Part shown: positions 41,763-53,662 of the stretch, one piece after another | How positions within the stretch are numbered: the stretch's first letter is position 1 | How the letters are laid out: the number at the start of each line of letters is the position of its first letter | Assembly (NCBI GenBank): GCA_905182525.1 | Contig: CAJJBV010000004.1 | Coordinates: forward strand, 132,068-196,067 | Length of the DNA: 64,000 nt | Direction of reading: 5' to 3' | From: Cryomorphaceae bacterium | GTDB lineage: Bacteria; Bacteroidota; Bacteroidia; Flavobacteriales_D; Parvicellaceae | Notes under the pieces: generated by a model | Told to the model about the DNA's origin: nothing | Seen by the model: the letters and a program-made list of their open reading frames with translations, nothing else | The model's database searches: none | Translations under genes and position numbers: made by a program

Positions 41763-43020
41763 GCATTATACATATTGAGATTATTATGAATATTGTTCCA
41801 GGTAACTTATATCTAACTAGAGCGCCAATTACTGGAGTGCTTATGCCAGTAATGACAAACAAAAGAGATATAAAAAATACTGAATTCAATAATGCATTTA
41901 AGTATACTGTTTCAAGTTTTATTTTTAATGAAAACAACTTGTAAAATAAATAAATAATTAAAACGTAAAGAAAAATATTTTCTATTAGGGGGAGAACATG
42001 AATTATTTTATTGATGTCAGACGGGAAGGGTCTAAAGAATCCATTTATAATTCCCATTGGAATAGAGCTAAAAAAAGAATTGAAATTTGGATCCATAGGA
42101 ACCATTTTAAAACTACTCCCAGCATTAAAAATTTCTGCTAATTTGATAAAGTCATTTTGCTTATTTGATAATATTTCTAAAGGATTGTAAGAGTTTTTAA
42201 GAGTACTTAAAATCACTAATAGAATATTCAAAGAAATTGAAGTTATGGTAATAACTTTTAACGGTTTTATTTTCCAGTTCTGACAAATCAAAAAAGAGAT
42301 TAATGCGGGTAAAAAACATATAAAAACATAGAACTTTACTTTGAAAATAATTAATAAACCAAAAAAAACTAAAATTAAACTTGACCTTTTTTTACTATTG
42401 TAAACTCCAAAAGATTGTAAAATTAATCCAATTGAAAAAATAATTAAAGGTTCTTTAAGAATTCCAGAGCTCCATAACATTAGAGATGGGAACAAAATCA
42501 AACCCCAAAATAGAATTATTGGATTTATACTTTTATAAAATTTAACTAAATTTTTAGTAATTAAAAACTTCCCTAAAAAGCCGATAAATACAAATGAAAT
42601 TAAATTAAAGCTGTAACTTTTAAATCCAATTATATTCAAAATAGCATTTAGTCTTATTAATAGCCTAGACTCATCCATTAATGAATTTTCATATGAAGTA
42701 TCCCAATGATTCATTTCTGAAAAATAATTGATCAAATAATCTTCACTATCGCAGTCTATTCCTATTAAAATTTTGAAAAAATCTAGTGGATTACTAAAAA
42801 AAGTATCGTAAAGTACAAGACTGTCGTCATAATATTTGAATATATCTGCAGTATATCTTTCTGTGTAGTATTGTGAATAAATTATATAAAGTATGAACCC
42901 AGCAAAAACTTGACTTAGAAAAGCAAATAAAACATGATTTTTTTTTATTCCATTAATTTGAAAAAAATCAATTCTTTTTAAAAAGAAAAGAATCGTCATT
43001 ATGTATAAAATAGAGATCAA
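41731..43020 (-). CDS. Polytopic membrane protein of unknown function (about 10 or more TM segments)
   Basis: 429 aa, almost entirely hydrophobic helices, with no motif I recognise. Its 3' end overlaps the 5' end of the amidohydrolase gene. Confidence 0.5.
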   Translation of the reverse strand: MISILYIMTILFFLKRIDFFQINGIKKNHVLFAFLSQVFAGFILYIIYSQYYTERYTADIFKYYDDSLVLYDTFFSNPLDFFKILIGIDCDSEDYLINYFSEMNHWDTSYENSLMDESRLLIRLNAILNIIGFKSYSFNLISFVFIGFLGKFLITKNLVKFYKSINPIILFWGLILFPSLMLWSSGILKEPLIIFSIGLILQSFGVYNSKKRSSLILVFFGLLIIFKVKFYVFICFLPALISFLICQNWKIKPLKVITITSISLNILLVILSTLKNSYNPLEILSNKQNDFIKLAEIFNAGSSFKMVPMDPNFNSFFSSIPMGIINGFFRPFPSDINKIIHVLPLIENIFLYVLIIYLFYKLFSLKIKLETVYLNALLNSVFFISLLFVITGISTPVIGALVRYKLPGTIFIIISICIMHGQTKNYENN

Positions 43021-43120
43021 ATTTTTGTTAAATAAATTTATTTAATGTAAAATAATCGAATTCGTTTATATAATGTTAGTAAATCAATATTTTTTTAATA
43101 AAATCATTTACATCTTTAAT

Positions 43121-43128
43121 TATTTTTG
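43121..43128 (+). promoter_or_regulatory. -7 box TATTTTTG upstream of purL
   Basis: Matches TAnnTTTG, 16 nt before the ATG at 43144. Confidence 0.4.
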
Positions 43129-43143
43129 TTCAATATTTTTTAA

Positions 43144-45375
43144 ATGATAAACAAGACTCAAATTAAATTATCCAACTTAGACCAAGCTCTTGAGTTGGGT
43201 TTAAAAAAAGAAGAATTTATAAATATTTGTGATGTTTTAGGAAGAACACCTAATTTCACAGAACTTAGTATTTACTCTGTAATGTGGTCTGAGCATTGTT
43301 CCTATAAGAATTCAATTCATTGGCTTAAAAAACTTCCAAAAGACGGCCCTCACATGCTAGTAAAAGCCGGTGAGGAAAATGCTGGTTTAGTTGATATTGG
43401 TGATGGATTAGCTTGTGCTTTTAAAATCGAGTCTCATAACCATCCTAGTGCTTTAGAACCTTATCAGGGAGCAGCTACTGGCGTTGGAGGAATAAATAGA
43501 GACATTTTCACGATGGGGGCAAGACCAATTGCTCAGATGAATTCGCTGAGATTTGGTTCATATGAGAATCAAAGAACCAAGTGGCTTCTTAAGGGAGTTG
43601 TTAAGGGAATAAGTGATTACGGAAATTCTTTTGGAATACCCGTACTTTCTGGTGAAGTTTTTTTTGATAAAAGTTATGAGCAAAACCCTCTGGTTAATGC
43701 TTTTTCTGCTGGAATAATGAAAGTTGATGATTTAATTTCTGCAACTGCTTCTGGTCCAGGAAATCCTGTTTTTATTGTAGGTTCTTCAACAGGGAAAGAC
43801 GGAATTCATGGCGCTGCTTTTGCGTCAAAGGATATGACAGAAGATTCAATGGATGATCTTCCCGCTGTTCAGGTTGGTGATCCTTTTCAAGAAAAACTGT
43901 TGTTGGAAGCATCTTTAGAATTAGCTAAGACTGATGCAGTTATTGGTATGCAAGATATGGGTGCAGCTGGAATAACATGTTCATCTTCTGAGATGAGTGC
44001 AGCCGGAAATGTCGGAATGAGAATAGATTTAGACAAAGTACCTACAAGACAAACTAATATGAAAGATTGGGAGATTTTACTTTCTGAATCACAGGAAAGA
44101 ATGTTAGTAGTTGTAGAGAAAGGAAAAGAATCTCAAGTCAAAAATATTTTTGACAAATGGGATTTGAATTGTGAGCTTATTGGTGAGGTTATTTCGGGAG
44201 ATCTTTTAGAATTTTATAAAAACGGGGAATGCGTTGCGAGTTTACCACCTTCTTCATTAGTTCTCGGAGGCGGAGCTCCACAATATGAAAGAGATTATAA
44301 AGAGCCTGAATATTTTAAAAAGTATAAAGAATTTAATATTAACAAAGTAAATGAGCCGAATGATTTAGTTGAAGTTGGTGAATTTCTTTTTTCTCAACCC
44401 AATATTGCTTCAAAAAGATGGGTTTATGAACAATATGATAGCATGGTTGGAACTAATAATGTTTCCACAAACAATCCGTCAGATGCAGGAGTTGCTTTAG
44501 TTAAAGGCACCAATAAAGGTATAGTGATGTCTGTAGATTGTAATTCAAGATATGTTCATGCTGACCCTGAAGAAGGCACAGCTATTGCAGTTTCTGAAGC
44601 CGCTAGAAATATTACTGTTTCTGGGGGAATCCCCTCTGCAATTACAAACTGCTTAAATTTTGGAAATCCATACCATCCTGAATCTTATTGGCAATTTGTT
44701 GGAGCTATTAAAGGAATGTCGAAAGCTTGTGAAAAATTCAAAACTCCAGTAACAGGAGGTAATGTTAGTTTTTACAACCAATCTGTTATAAATGGAAAAG
44801 AAGTTCCTGTTTTCCCCACTCCTACTATAGGAATGATTGGGTTAATGGATGATGTAAGAAATGTAATGAGTTTAAATTTTAAATCTAAAAAAGATCATAT
44901 ATTTCTAATTGGTAAAATAGTTGAGGATATATCTTCTTCAGAATACTTAGTTAAGTATCATAAAATCGAAGCATCTCCAGCTCCGTACTTTAATTTAGAC
45001 GAAGAATTTAATCTTCAAAGTTGTGTTCAGCAATTAATTCAAAAAAAACTAATTAATGCAGCTCACGACTGTGCAGACGGAGGTTTTTTTGTGTCATTAG
45101 TTGAAATGGCTATGTCTTCAAGTTTAGGTTGTGATATTTCCTTGCCAAACCAAGTACGTAAAGATGCATTCTTATTTGGGGAATCACAAGGCAGAATATT
45201 GGTTACTGTTGCAAAAGATGAGATTGATGTCTTTAAAAATGAAATGAAATCTCATGATATTCCTTTTTTGTCAATGGGAATAGTAGAAAGTAGTCCTGAA
45301 ATAATTATCGATAGTTTGAGTTTTGGAACTGTAGAAAACTTTATAAAAATATCTGAAAACGTAATAAATCCTTAA
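43144..45375 (+). CDS. purL: Phosphoribosylformylglycinamidine synthase subunit PurL
   Basis: 743 aa with MWSEHCSYKNS, ESHNHPS, GGINRDIF and DCLNFGNP-like NCLNFGNP motifs. Confidence 0.95.
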   Translation: MINKTQIKLSNLDQALELGLKKEEFINICDVLGRTPNFTELSIYSVMWSEHCSYKNSIHWLKKLPKDGPHMLVKAGEENAGLVDIGDGLACAFKIESHNHPSALEPYQGAATGVGGINRDIFTMGARPIAQMNSLRFGSYENQRTKWLLKGVVKGISDYGNSFGIPVLSGEVFFDKSYEQNPLVNAFSAGIMKVDDLISATASGPGNPVFIVGSSTGKDGIHGAAFASKDMTEDSMDDLPAVQVGDPFQEKLLLEASLELAKTDAVIGMQDMGAAGITCSSSEMSAAGNVGMRIDLDKVPTRQTNMKDWEILLSESQERMLVVVEKGKESQVKNIFDKWDLNCELIGEVISGDLLEFYKNGECVASLPPSSLVLGGGAPQYERDYKEPEYFKKYKEFNINKVNEPNDLVEVGEFLFSQPNIASKRWVYEQYDSMVGTNNVSTNNPSDAGVALVKGTNKGIVMSVDCNSRYVHADPEEGTAIAVSEAARNITVSGGIPSAITNCLNFGNPYHPESYWQFVGAIKGMSKACEKFKTPVTGGNVSFYNQSVINGKEVPVFPTPTIGMIGLMDDVRNVMSLNFKSKKDHIFLIGKIVEDISSSEYLVKYHKIEASPAPYFNLDEEFNLQSCVQQLIQKKLINAAHDCADGGFFVSLVEMAMSSSLGCDISLPNQVRKDAFLFGESQGRILVTVAKDEIDVFKNEMKSHDIPFLSMGIVESSPEIIIDSLSFGTVENFIKISENVINP

Positions 45376-45415
45376 TTTTTTGCCTATTTTACAATAAATC
45401 TTTTAAAAATATTTT

Positions 45416-46330
45416 ATGATCTATATTGACATTTTTGTATACTCATTAATTTTATTTCTAATTCTTAAATCAATTATGATAATCCCTGAGCGTCAGTCTT
45501 GGGTAATTCAAAGATTAGGGAAATTTAGTAGGATTTCTCAGCCAGGACTAAAATTTAAAATACCATTTATTGAAATAATTGCATCTAAAGAAAATTTAAG
45601 AATCCAGCAGCTTGACGTAGATGTAGAGACTAAAACTTTAGACAATGTATTTGTAATTTTAAAAATTTCAGTTCAATATCGAATTGTTGATTCAAAAGTG
45701 TACGAAGCTTTTTACGAATTGGATGACCCTCATGCTCAAATAGCTTCATATATTTTCGATGAAGTAAGGGCTGAAGTTCCCAAATTAGGCTTGGACGATG
45801 TCTTTGCAAAAAAAGATAATATTGCACTAGCAGTAAGAGATAATATAACCACTCAAATGGATAAGTATGGATATAAAATTGTTAAAACTTTAATAACGGA
45901 TATTAATCCAGATGAATTGGTCAAGGCGTCTATGAATAAAATAAATGCTGCTACAAGGGATAAAGAAGCTGCTTTTCAGGAGGCTGAAGGAGAAAAAATC
46001 AGGATTGTTAAAAGAGCTGAGGCTGAGGCTGATTCTAAAAGATTGTCTGGTGAAGGAATAGCACAACAAAGATTAGAAATTGTTAGAGGATTTAAAGAGT
46101 CCGTTGAAGATTTTCAAAAAGCATTGCAAGAAGTAGACCCACAAGAAATTATGCAGTTTGTTTTAATGACACAATATTTTGATACTTTAACATCTATTGG
46201 CGCTAACGAAAATAACAATACTATTATGGTTCCTCATTCTCCCGGCGGTATGAAAGATTTTCAGCAGCAAATTATTGAAGGAACTTTTGTTGGTAGAGAA
46301 TTATCAAAAAACAAACCCCAGAAAAAGTAA
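45416..46330 (+). CDS. SPFH/Band 7 (stomatin/prohibitin-like) membrane protein
   Basis: N-terminal TM helix, then IIPERQSWVIQRLGKF...VDVETKTLDNVFV and a coiled-coil AEAEADSKRL region. Confidence 0.85.
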   Translation: MIYIDIFVYSLILFLILKSIMIIPERQSWVIQRLGKFSRISQPGLKFKIPFIEIIASKENLRIQQLDVDVETKTLDNVFVILKISVQYRIVDSKVYEAFYELDDPHAQIASYIFDEVRAEVPKLGLDDVFAKKDNIALAVRDNITTQMDKYGYKIVKTLITDINPDELVKASMNKINAATRDKEAAFQEAEGEKIRIVKRAEAEADSKRLSGEGIAQQRLEIVRGFKESVEDFQKALQEVDPQEIMQFVLMTQYFDTLTSIGANENNNTIMVPHSPGGMKDFQQQIIEGTFVGRELSKNKPQKK

Positions 46331-46404
46331 GTTTTTTTTTTTGCGAAAATAAATATATATCATATGGTAACTACAGTAATTAATTTTTTTACTAATTTTA
46401 AGGC

Positions 46405-49400
46405 ATGATATTATATTTTAGAAATTTAATTTTTTCAGCTTTTTTATTTGTTTTCTGTGGCAATTTAATGGCTTCCCATGTTCCAGGTGGCAATATCACT
46501 TATGAATATGTTGGTCCAAATACTTGGGTAATTACACTAACAGTTTTTGAAGATTGTGGAAATTCATTTATGACTAATGCAGCTGAACAAATTACAGCTA
46601 CAAATACATGCGGTCTCAATTCTCCAAATATTTCACTTCCTAATATTATTTTTCAAGATGAAGTATCTCAATTATGTCCATTAATTTTAAATCAAGGTCA
46701 GAGTGAATGTAGTGGTGGTACATTTCCAGGTGTTTATATGCATGTTTGGCAAGACACTATAACTCTTCCTGGACCATGTGATAGTTGGGTCTTTGCTTAC
46801 GATGATTGTTGTAGAAATCAATCAGTAAACTTAGTAGGTATTTCAAATGATTATTATTTTGAAACTGTTCTTAATAGCGTAACTGCACCTGCCAATTCCT
46901 CACCGATAATTACTTCTCAGCCAATTCCTTACAATTGTATTAATCAACCTGTAAATTATAATTTCGGAGTTATTGAACCCGACGGAGACTCATTACACTT
47001 TTCATTGGTTGATGCTCTTGAGCAACCAGGTGTTTCAGCACCATACGCTGCTGGTTACACAGGTCCTTCACCTATTAATGGAATTGCTATTAACCCGAAT
47101 ACTGGTGAAATAACTTTTACACCAACAATTCAAGGTAATTTTGTAGTTGTAGTCTTAATTGAAGAATTTAACTCTAATGGAGATTTAGTTGGAAGTATTA
47201 TGCAAGATTTTCAATTTGAAATTATTGCTTGTACAAATATTGGTCCATCTCCACCTGTTGGAGGAATTATTAATTTTTACGGAAATGGGATATTAACAGG
47301 TCCTTTTGATATTCAAGCCTGTGATGGTGATAGTATTTGCTTTGACATGGAATTTACAGATGCAAATCCAACAGACTCCCTTTTTGTAAGTTCTAATATT
47401 ACTCAATTATTTCCTGGATCTTCAGTAATTCAAAATGGTTTCTTTTCTCCTGTAACTGCAAGTTTTTGTATGGTAGTTTTACCAGGCACAAACCCTTTCA
47501 CTACAATTAGTGTTACAGTAAATGATAATGCTTGTCCAACAGTTGGTACTACTTCCTCTGCAATTGGTTTAACTGTCATCTCAAGCACATATGCAGGACC
47601 TGATGTTACTATGTGTCAAGGAGTTCCTACACTTTAAATTCATCTGGAGGTTCTAATTTTAATTGGAGTGTAATTAGTGGAGATCCTATTTCTTTAGGAA
47701 ATAATTTTTCTTGTAATGGTTGTTCTAATCCTGTTATAAATCCTGCTTATTCAACAGTTTATAAAGTTGTAAGTAATCTTTCAGGTGGGTGTTCAAATAC
47801 CGATACAATATCTGTTGATGTCGTCCCAGATTTTAATTATTCCTTAACTCAGTCTGCAACTACAACTTGTTTAAATTCATTAATACAATTTAATGCTTCA
47901 CCATCTCCTAGTGGAAATTATAGCTACCAATGGAGTCCTGCAACCTTTTTAACTAATTCCAATACTGCAACTCCGGAATTTAATACTTCAATTCCTGGGT
48001 TTTATGAATATGAAGTAACCATAGTTAGTAATTTAGGTTGCGTTAAAGTGGATACTTTAAGTGTAAACGTTTTACCTGCTTATTCACCAGACATAACTTT
48101 AACTGCTAGTGATACAAATGTTTTTTGTGGAGACACTGTATATTTAGATGCTGGTCTTGGAGGTGGTGTTCCTGCATTTTGTGGACCTAGTGGAGCAACG
48201 ACTTGTAATGCACCCTCTTCTTCTCAAACTATAGGTACTGATATGGGATCTAATAGTGGTACACAATATCCTTCACCTTTTGGTTTTTATTATGAGTCAG
48301 TAAAAGAGCAGTATTTATTTAGAGCTGCTGAATTAATAGCCTCCGGATTTTCGGGAGGTAAAATAACTGAAATTGCTTGGGATGCTATTGCTCAAAATAA
48401 TGCTGCCGCAATTTTCCCTAATTATACTATTAAAATGGGTTGTACAAATCAAAACACCCTTAATACATGGCAAGCTGGACTAACTACTGTTTTTAGCCCT
48501 CAAAATGTAACAATTGCAATAGGAATAAATCAATTTGTTCTTACAACTGCTTATGAGTGGGATGGTATTTCAAATTTAGTAGTTGAAGTTTGTTTTGACA
48601 ACACTGCCAATAATGCTTACACTAATAATTGGTCTGTTCCGCATCAAATATTTCCATTATAATACTTCTTTAAATCTAAAAAGTGATTTAAATAATGTCT
48701 GTCCAAGTTTAACTGCACCTCTTGCAGATAATAAAAGACCAGTTACTACATTTAAAACATGTCCTACTATTCCTGATCCAAATAACTTTAGTTTTCAATG
48801 GACTCCTCCATCTTTTCTTTCTAGTACGTCAGATCAAAGTCCCTATTCTATACCATTTGTTAGTACCTATTATAATGTGGTAGTAACAGATTTAAATGGA
48901 GGATGTACTGATACTGCCAGTATATTTATTAATGTTCTTTGTGACACATGTGATAAACCAGTACCAACAATTAATGGAATAACTTGTTACGGTGGCAGTG
49001 ATGCCTCAATAACCGCAATGCCTGGTGGTACTGACGGCCCACCTTGGATAATTCAACTTCTGGACGGTTTTAGTAATAATACTTTTGGTATTGATAGTAA
49101 TGTTACAGATTCAGTTGTTTTTATAATTTAAGTGCAGGTAATTATGTTTTAAGATCTTTGGACACCACTGGATGTTATGCAGATACAGCTATTACAATTC
49201 CCGATATCGACCCTCTATTAGCTTTATTAAGTATTGATACAACAATCTGTACAGGAGGAACAGCTTTAATTAGCTCTACAGTTTCTGGAGGCACATCGCC
49301 TTACATTTATAATTGGAATAATGGATTTTCAGGGAGTGGTCCACATAGTGTCTCCCCAATAGCTTCTCAGTATTACAGCTTAACTGTAGAAGATAGTTTA

Positions 49401-50511
49401 AATTGTACTTCTGAAATTGATTCGGTATTAGTTCTTGTAAACCCATCTTTATCTATAAATTTCACACCTCCAGATAGCATATGCCCAGGAGATAGTGTAA
49501 ATCTTGTTGCATCCGGTTTAGGAGGCGATTCAGGGCCCTATAATTTCTCATGGTCATATGCAAATGGATCTAACTTTAGTAATCAGAATACAGCTTATAC
49601 TACTCCACTGAGAAATAACACCTATTATTATTTAACACTAACTGACAATTGTGAAACACCATCAGAAAAGATTCTATTCTAGTTTCATGGTTTGATTTGC
49701 CAGTAGTAAATTTTTCATCTGATATAACAAGTGGATGTTGGCCAGTTAAAATTAATTTTCAAAACAATACTAGTTTTCTCAAGTTTTTAGCTGTCAATGG
49801 GATCTTGGAAATACTTTTAGTTCTACTAATTTAGATACTGTATCAACTGTTTTATAATACTCCAGGAACTTACAATGTATCATTGGAAGTCACTAACTCT
49901 AATGGTTGTAAGGACGAAACTCTATACTCTAATTATATTGAAGTATATGATTATCCACTTGCAGGATTTGTTTCTTCTCCAAATCCAGCATCAATATCTA
50001 TCACCTAGAGTTCAATTTGTAGATACCTCAAGTTTAGACGTTGTATCATTCAATTGGACGTTTTATGATAGTACAAATACAATAATTGGCAGCTGATACT
50101 AACCAGAATCCAATATTTGATTTTGATGGAACTATTGAACAACAATATAACGTTAAATTATATGTTGAAAATCAGAACGGATGTTCAGATTCTACATTTG
50201 GAACACTTTATGTCAAAGCTGAATATGTTTTTTATATGCCAAATTCATTTACTCCAAATGGTGATGGTCTAAATGATGTATTTTTTCCAGTAGGTGATAA
50301 AATATCAGTGGACAGTTATTCTTTTAAAATATTCAATAGATGGGGTGAGCTAGTTTTTCAAACTGACTTATTTGGTGAAGATGACGGTTGGGATGGCACT
50401 TTTATAAATAAAGAGGCACCTTCAGATTCATATATTTGGAGAGTAGATTTGATAGATAGTTCTTCAGGAGAAGAAAAAAGTTTCCAAGGTTACGTTCTCT
50501 TAGCTAGATAG
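46405..50511 (+). pseudogene. Paralogue of the giant type B T9SS adhesin, at least 6-7 frame disruptions
   Basis: Track ORFs 46405, 47613, 48583, 49158, 49875 and 50086, plus unlisted fragments at 49682..49875, read through as one protein. It has a signal peptide, ASHVPGGNITYEY, CCRN, EPDGDSLHFSL, Cys-modules, SprB-type repeats (ITCYGGSDASITA, SGGTSPYIYNW) and PKD-like parts. The CHU_C end reads FTPNGDGLNDVFFP...IFNRWGELVF...WDGT. Confidence 0.75.
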
Positions 50512-51438
50512 TTAAAATTTTCTTTGAATTCCAACGTATGGTATTGGTGTAATATCGTTTCCTGTTGTGACAGGAATAATTTCCACATTAATTAAACTAA
50601 CGCCAAAACTCCAATTTTCTCTAGAATTCCTCATAAAATTAATTATTAAATTATTTACTAAACCATAATAATTTTCAAATTTGATTCCTGCAATTTCAGC
50701 TGCTAATGTAAATCTTTCCGAAATTTTTTTCTGACTTGCTAAATAACCTCCATAAAAAAAGCCAGTAAAACTAGATTGATATACAATTAAACCAATTGTA
50801 GTATTTTTAAGTTTATCACCATAAGTAATTCTGGGAATAATTCCGACACCATTAAAGTCATTAGTTCCACTTGAAGAGCTTAGTACATCAAAATTCCCAA
50901 TTACTGAAACTCCGGCTCTAAACGATGTAGATATTTCTTTAGAGTAAGTGAAAGTAGAAAAAATATTAAAAATAAATAAATTTCCAATTGAGAATTCAAA
51001 ATTTTCATGCAAGCCAATCTTCGAATTACTTGTTATGAAATAATGAGAGTTGGTAGTTATAGATCCTTTTTCAACAATATAAGCTGAGGGTAAATAACAA
51101 TATTTTGTATATATTGGATTCGGATTTTCAAACTCTTTAATGGATTTAATTTGATTTCTTGTAATAAACCTATATGAAATAATTTCATCTTTATCAAAAA
51201 TCTTATTTTCGTTTGCAATTTCTAAAATAAATACATTTTCGTCTTTGCTAATTAATAAACCTCTTATTTCTTTATTTTCCATTGTTGTTATTACAACAAT
51301 AGTATCATTTGAATAATTATTTGCTAAATTGGATTGTGACCAATATTTTTGAAAATTAGAAAACAAAATAAATAATAGGATAATTTTTATTGATCTGATT
51401 TTGTGGATTTTATTTTTTATTGTTAGTCTTTTATACAT
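50512..51438 (-). CDS. Hypothetical secreted protein, possible outer-membrane beta-barrel
   Basis: Signal peptide. The C-terminal ~200 aa show alternating hydrophobic/polar strands and a terminal ...GIQRKF, with Phe as the last residue as in many OMPs. No family recognised. Confidence 0.4.
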   Translation of the reverse strand: MYKRLTIKNKIHKIRSIKIILLFILFSNFQKYWSQSNLANNYSNDTIVVITTMENKEIRGLLISKDENVFILEIANENKIFDKDEIISYRFITRNQIKSIKEFENPNPIYTKYCYLPSAYIVEKGSITTNSHYFITSNSKIGLHENFEFSIGNLFIFNIFSTFTYSKEISTSFRAGVSVIGNFDVLSSSSGTNDFNGVGIIPRITYGDKLKNTTIGLIVYQSSFTGFFYGGYLASQKKISERFTLAAEIAGIKFENYYGLVNNLIINFMRNSRENWSFGVSLINVEIIPVTTGNDITPIPYVGIQRKF

Positions 51439-51445
51439 TTACACC

Positions 51446-52469
51446 ATGAATTTAAAGAATGATTTAATACTTAGAGCTGCTAAAGGCGAAAATATTGAAA
51501 GAACGCCTGTTTGGTTAATGCGACAAGCGGGAAGAATTCTTCCCCAATATAGGAAAATTAGAAATTCTTTGAGTGGGTTTAAAGAATTGGTAGAAACACC
51601 CCAACTTGCAGCTGAAGTCACAATTCAACCAGTAGATATTCTAGAAGTAGATGCTGCAATAATTTTTTCTGATATTTTAGTTGTTCCACAAGCTATGGGG
51701 CTGAAATATGAAATGGTTGAAAATAAAGGTCCTTATTTTCCCAAAACAATTTTAAATCAAAAATGATATATTTTCTTTAAATATTAATAATTTAGAAGAC
51801 AGATTATCTTATGTTTTTGAAGCAATAAAAATTACTAAAAAAGAACTTTCTCAAAGAGTTCCTCTAATTGGTTTTGCAGGTTCTCCATGGACTATTTTTG
51901 CTTATATGATAGAAGGTCAGGGTTCTAAAACATTTAGCAAGGCTAAAAGTTTTTTATACAGAGAACCAGAATTATCACATCTTCTTTTAGAAAAGATAAC
52001 TACAACTACAATACAATATTTAAAGTTGCAAATTGAATCTGGAGCTGATATGATTCAAATTTTTGACTCTTGGGCTGGTATTTTGTCACCTGAATATTAC
52101 AATGAGTTTGGTATGAAATACATAAAGATTATTTGTAATTCAATTAATGATGTTCCAATTACCAGTTTTAGCAAAGGTGCCTTTTTTGCTCTCGAAAATA
52201 TGAAAGATCTAAATTGCAATACTATTGGTCTAGATTGGACAATGGATATTGAATCCAGTATAAAACTCTTTGATAACACCAAAACTCTTCAAGGTAATTT
52301 AGACCCTTGTGTTTTATACGGAGATTTTAATTTAATTGAAAAAAAGACTAAAGAAATGCTTGATAAGTTTGCTAACACTAGACATATTGCTAACTTAGGT
52401 CATGGTGTTTATCCAGATACTGATCCAGAAAAGGTTAAATGTTTTATCAATAGTATTAAATCTAATTAA
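51446..52469 (+). pseudogene. hemE: Uroporphyrinogen decarboxylase, one frame change
   Basis: [30 protein letters not shown] hallmark sequence. The frame changes at ~51759..51766 (CAAAAATGATATA), and the second frame is open from there (DIFSLN...PLIGFAGSPWTIFAYMIEG...). The real start is the ATG at 51446, not 51401. Confidence 0.9.
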
Positions 52470-52476
52470 TTAAAAA

Positions 52477-53658
52477 ATGAGAAATCAAATAATTACTTTT
52501 ATATATATTGTTTTTTTTATTTCTTCTTATATGGGGCAAGATGATAATAATCTAGTTCTTAATTCAAGTTTTGAAAGCATAGAAGGAAAGTTAAAAAAAT
52601 TAAGCCAAATTAATTTTGCTAGTGACTGGCAATCTCCTACTGCTCTTAATGCTGATCTTTTTTCTAAAAGTATTAAGGGTGATATTTCTGTTCCTGAAAA
52701 TATTTATGGCAAGGAGTATCCTAAAGATGGAGATAATTATGCAGGTATTTTAACTTTTAGTTATAACAATAAAAAGCCTAGAACATATTTACAAACAAAG
52801 TTAATTAAGTCACTTACTAGCGGATTAGACTATTGCATTAATGTTCATTTAAGTTTGGCAGATTTGAGTAGATATGCTATTGATAATATAGGGATTCACT
52901 TTAGCGAAACACCTCTTTCATTAGATAAAAAAGGAGATATTATTTTCAGTGATAAATCTGAACTTGACAAAGTATTAAAAGACGAAGAAAATAAAATTTT
53001 TAAATCAAGATATAAATGGGAGAAGATATGTGGGATTTATCAAGCAGATGGAAAAGAGAAATACATTACTATTGGAAATTTTTATAACAATAAAGACACT
53101 AAATATGAAAAGCTATTAAAACCCAAAGATTTTACTGGAGTTCAGCTTGCTGAAGCTTATTATTATATTGATAAAATTGAGCTGAGTTTGATTGATGACC
53201 CATCTACCTGTAATTGTAATAATGATGGAAGAAAAAAAAGAGAATCTATTGTATACCATTTAGAAGTAGATATAGATGAAAGTTTGCCATTAGATATGAA
53301 ACTAAAAAAACATTCAATATATTTTGATGTAGAGAATTATACGTTAGATCCAATGTTTGATGACAAATTAAATAATTTAGTGAAAATATTAAAAGAGAAC
53401 CCAGACTTAAAGTTAAGTATTAATGGACATACTGATAATCTGGAAACAGAAGCTATTAAAGATGATCCTGAAAATAAGAAACTAATAAATCTAGGTGATT
53501 ACAGATCGAAATCTGTAAAAGATTTTTTAATGAAAAATGGAATTTTATCTGAAAGATTAAACACTCAAAATTTTAAATCTGATAAGCCTGCTTCAAAAGG
53601 ATCTTCTATGTTTAGCATGGCTAAGAATAGAAGGGTTGAATTTATTATTATAGAGTAA
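52477..53658 (+). CDS. OmpA-family protein (C-terminal OmpA/peptidoglycan-binding domain)
   Basis: Signal peptide. C-terminal INGHTDN...RSKSVKDFL...NRRVEFII. Confidence 0.8.
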   Translation: MRNQIITFIYIVFFISSYMGQDDNNLVLNSSFESIEGKLKKLSQINFASDWQSPTALNADLFSKSIKGDISVPENIYGKEYPKDGDNYAGILTFSYNNKKPRTYLQTKLIKSLTSGLDYCINVHLSLADLSRYAIDNIGIHFSETPLSLDKKGDIIFSDKSELDKVLKDEENKIFKSRYKWEKICGIYQADGKEKYITIGNFYNNKDTKYEKLLKPKDFTGVQLAEAYYYIDKIELSLIDDPSTCNCNNDGRKKRESIVYHLEVDIDESLPLDMKLKKHSIYFDVENYTLDPMFDDKLNNLVKILKENPDLKLSINGHTDNLETEAIKDDPENKKLINLGDYRSKSVKDFLMKNGILSERLNTQNFKSDKPASKGSSMFSMAKNRRVEFIIIE

Positions 53659-53662
53659 TACA

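Noticed and set aside
45416-46330. SPFH protein as part of an SPFH/NfeD pair or a defence-linked module
   Set aside because: No NfeD-like gene or other partner is adjacent. It appears to be a solitary housekeeping-type Band 7 gene between purL and the adhesin pseudogene.
50512-51438. PorP/SprF-type partner for the adjacent type B adhesin
   Set aside because: It has the right size and a putative beta-barrel. However, it lacks the N-terminal QDPQFSQY-type motif of PorP/SprF proteins, is convergent to the adhesin, and has an extra ~100-aa soluble N-domain.
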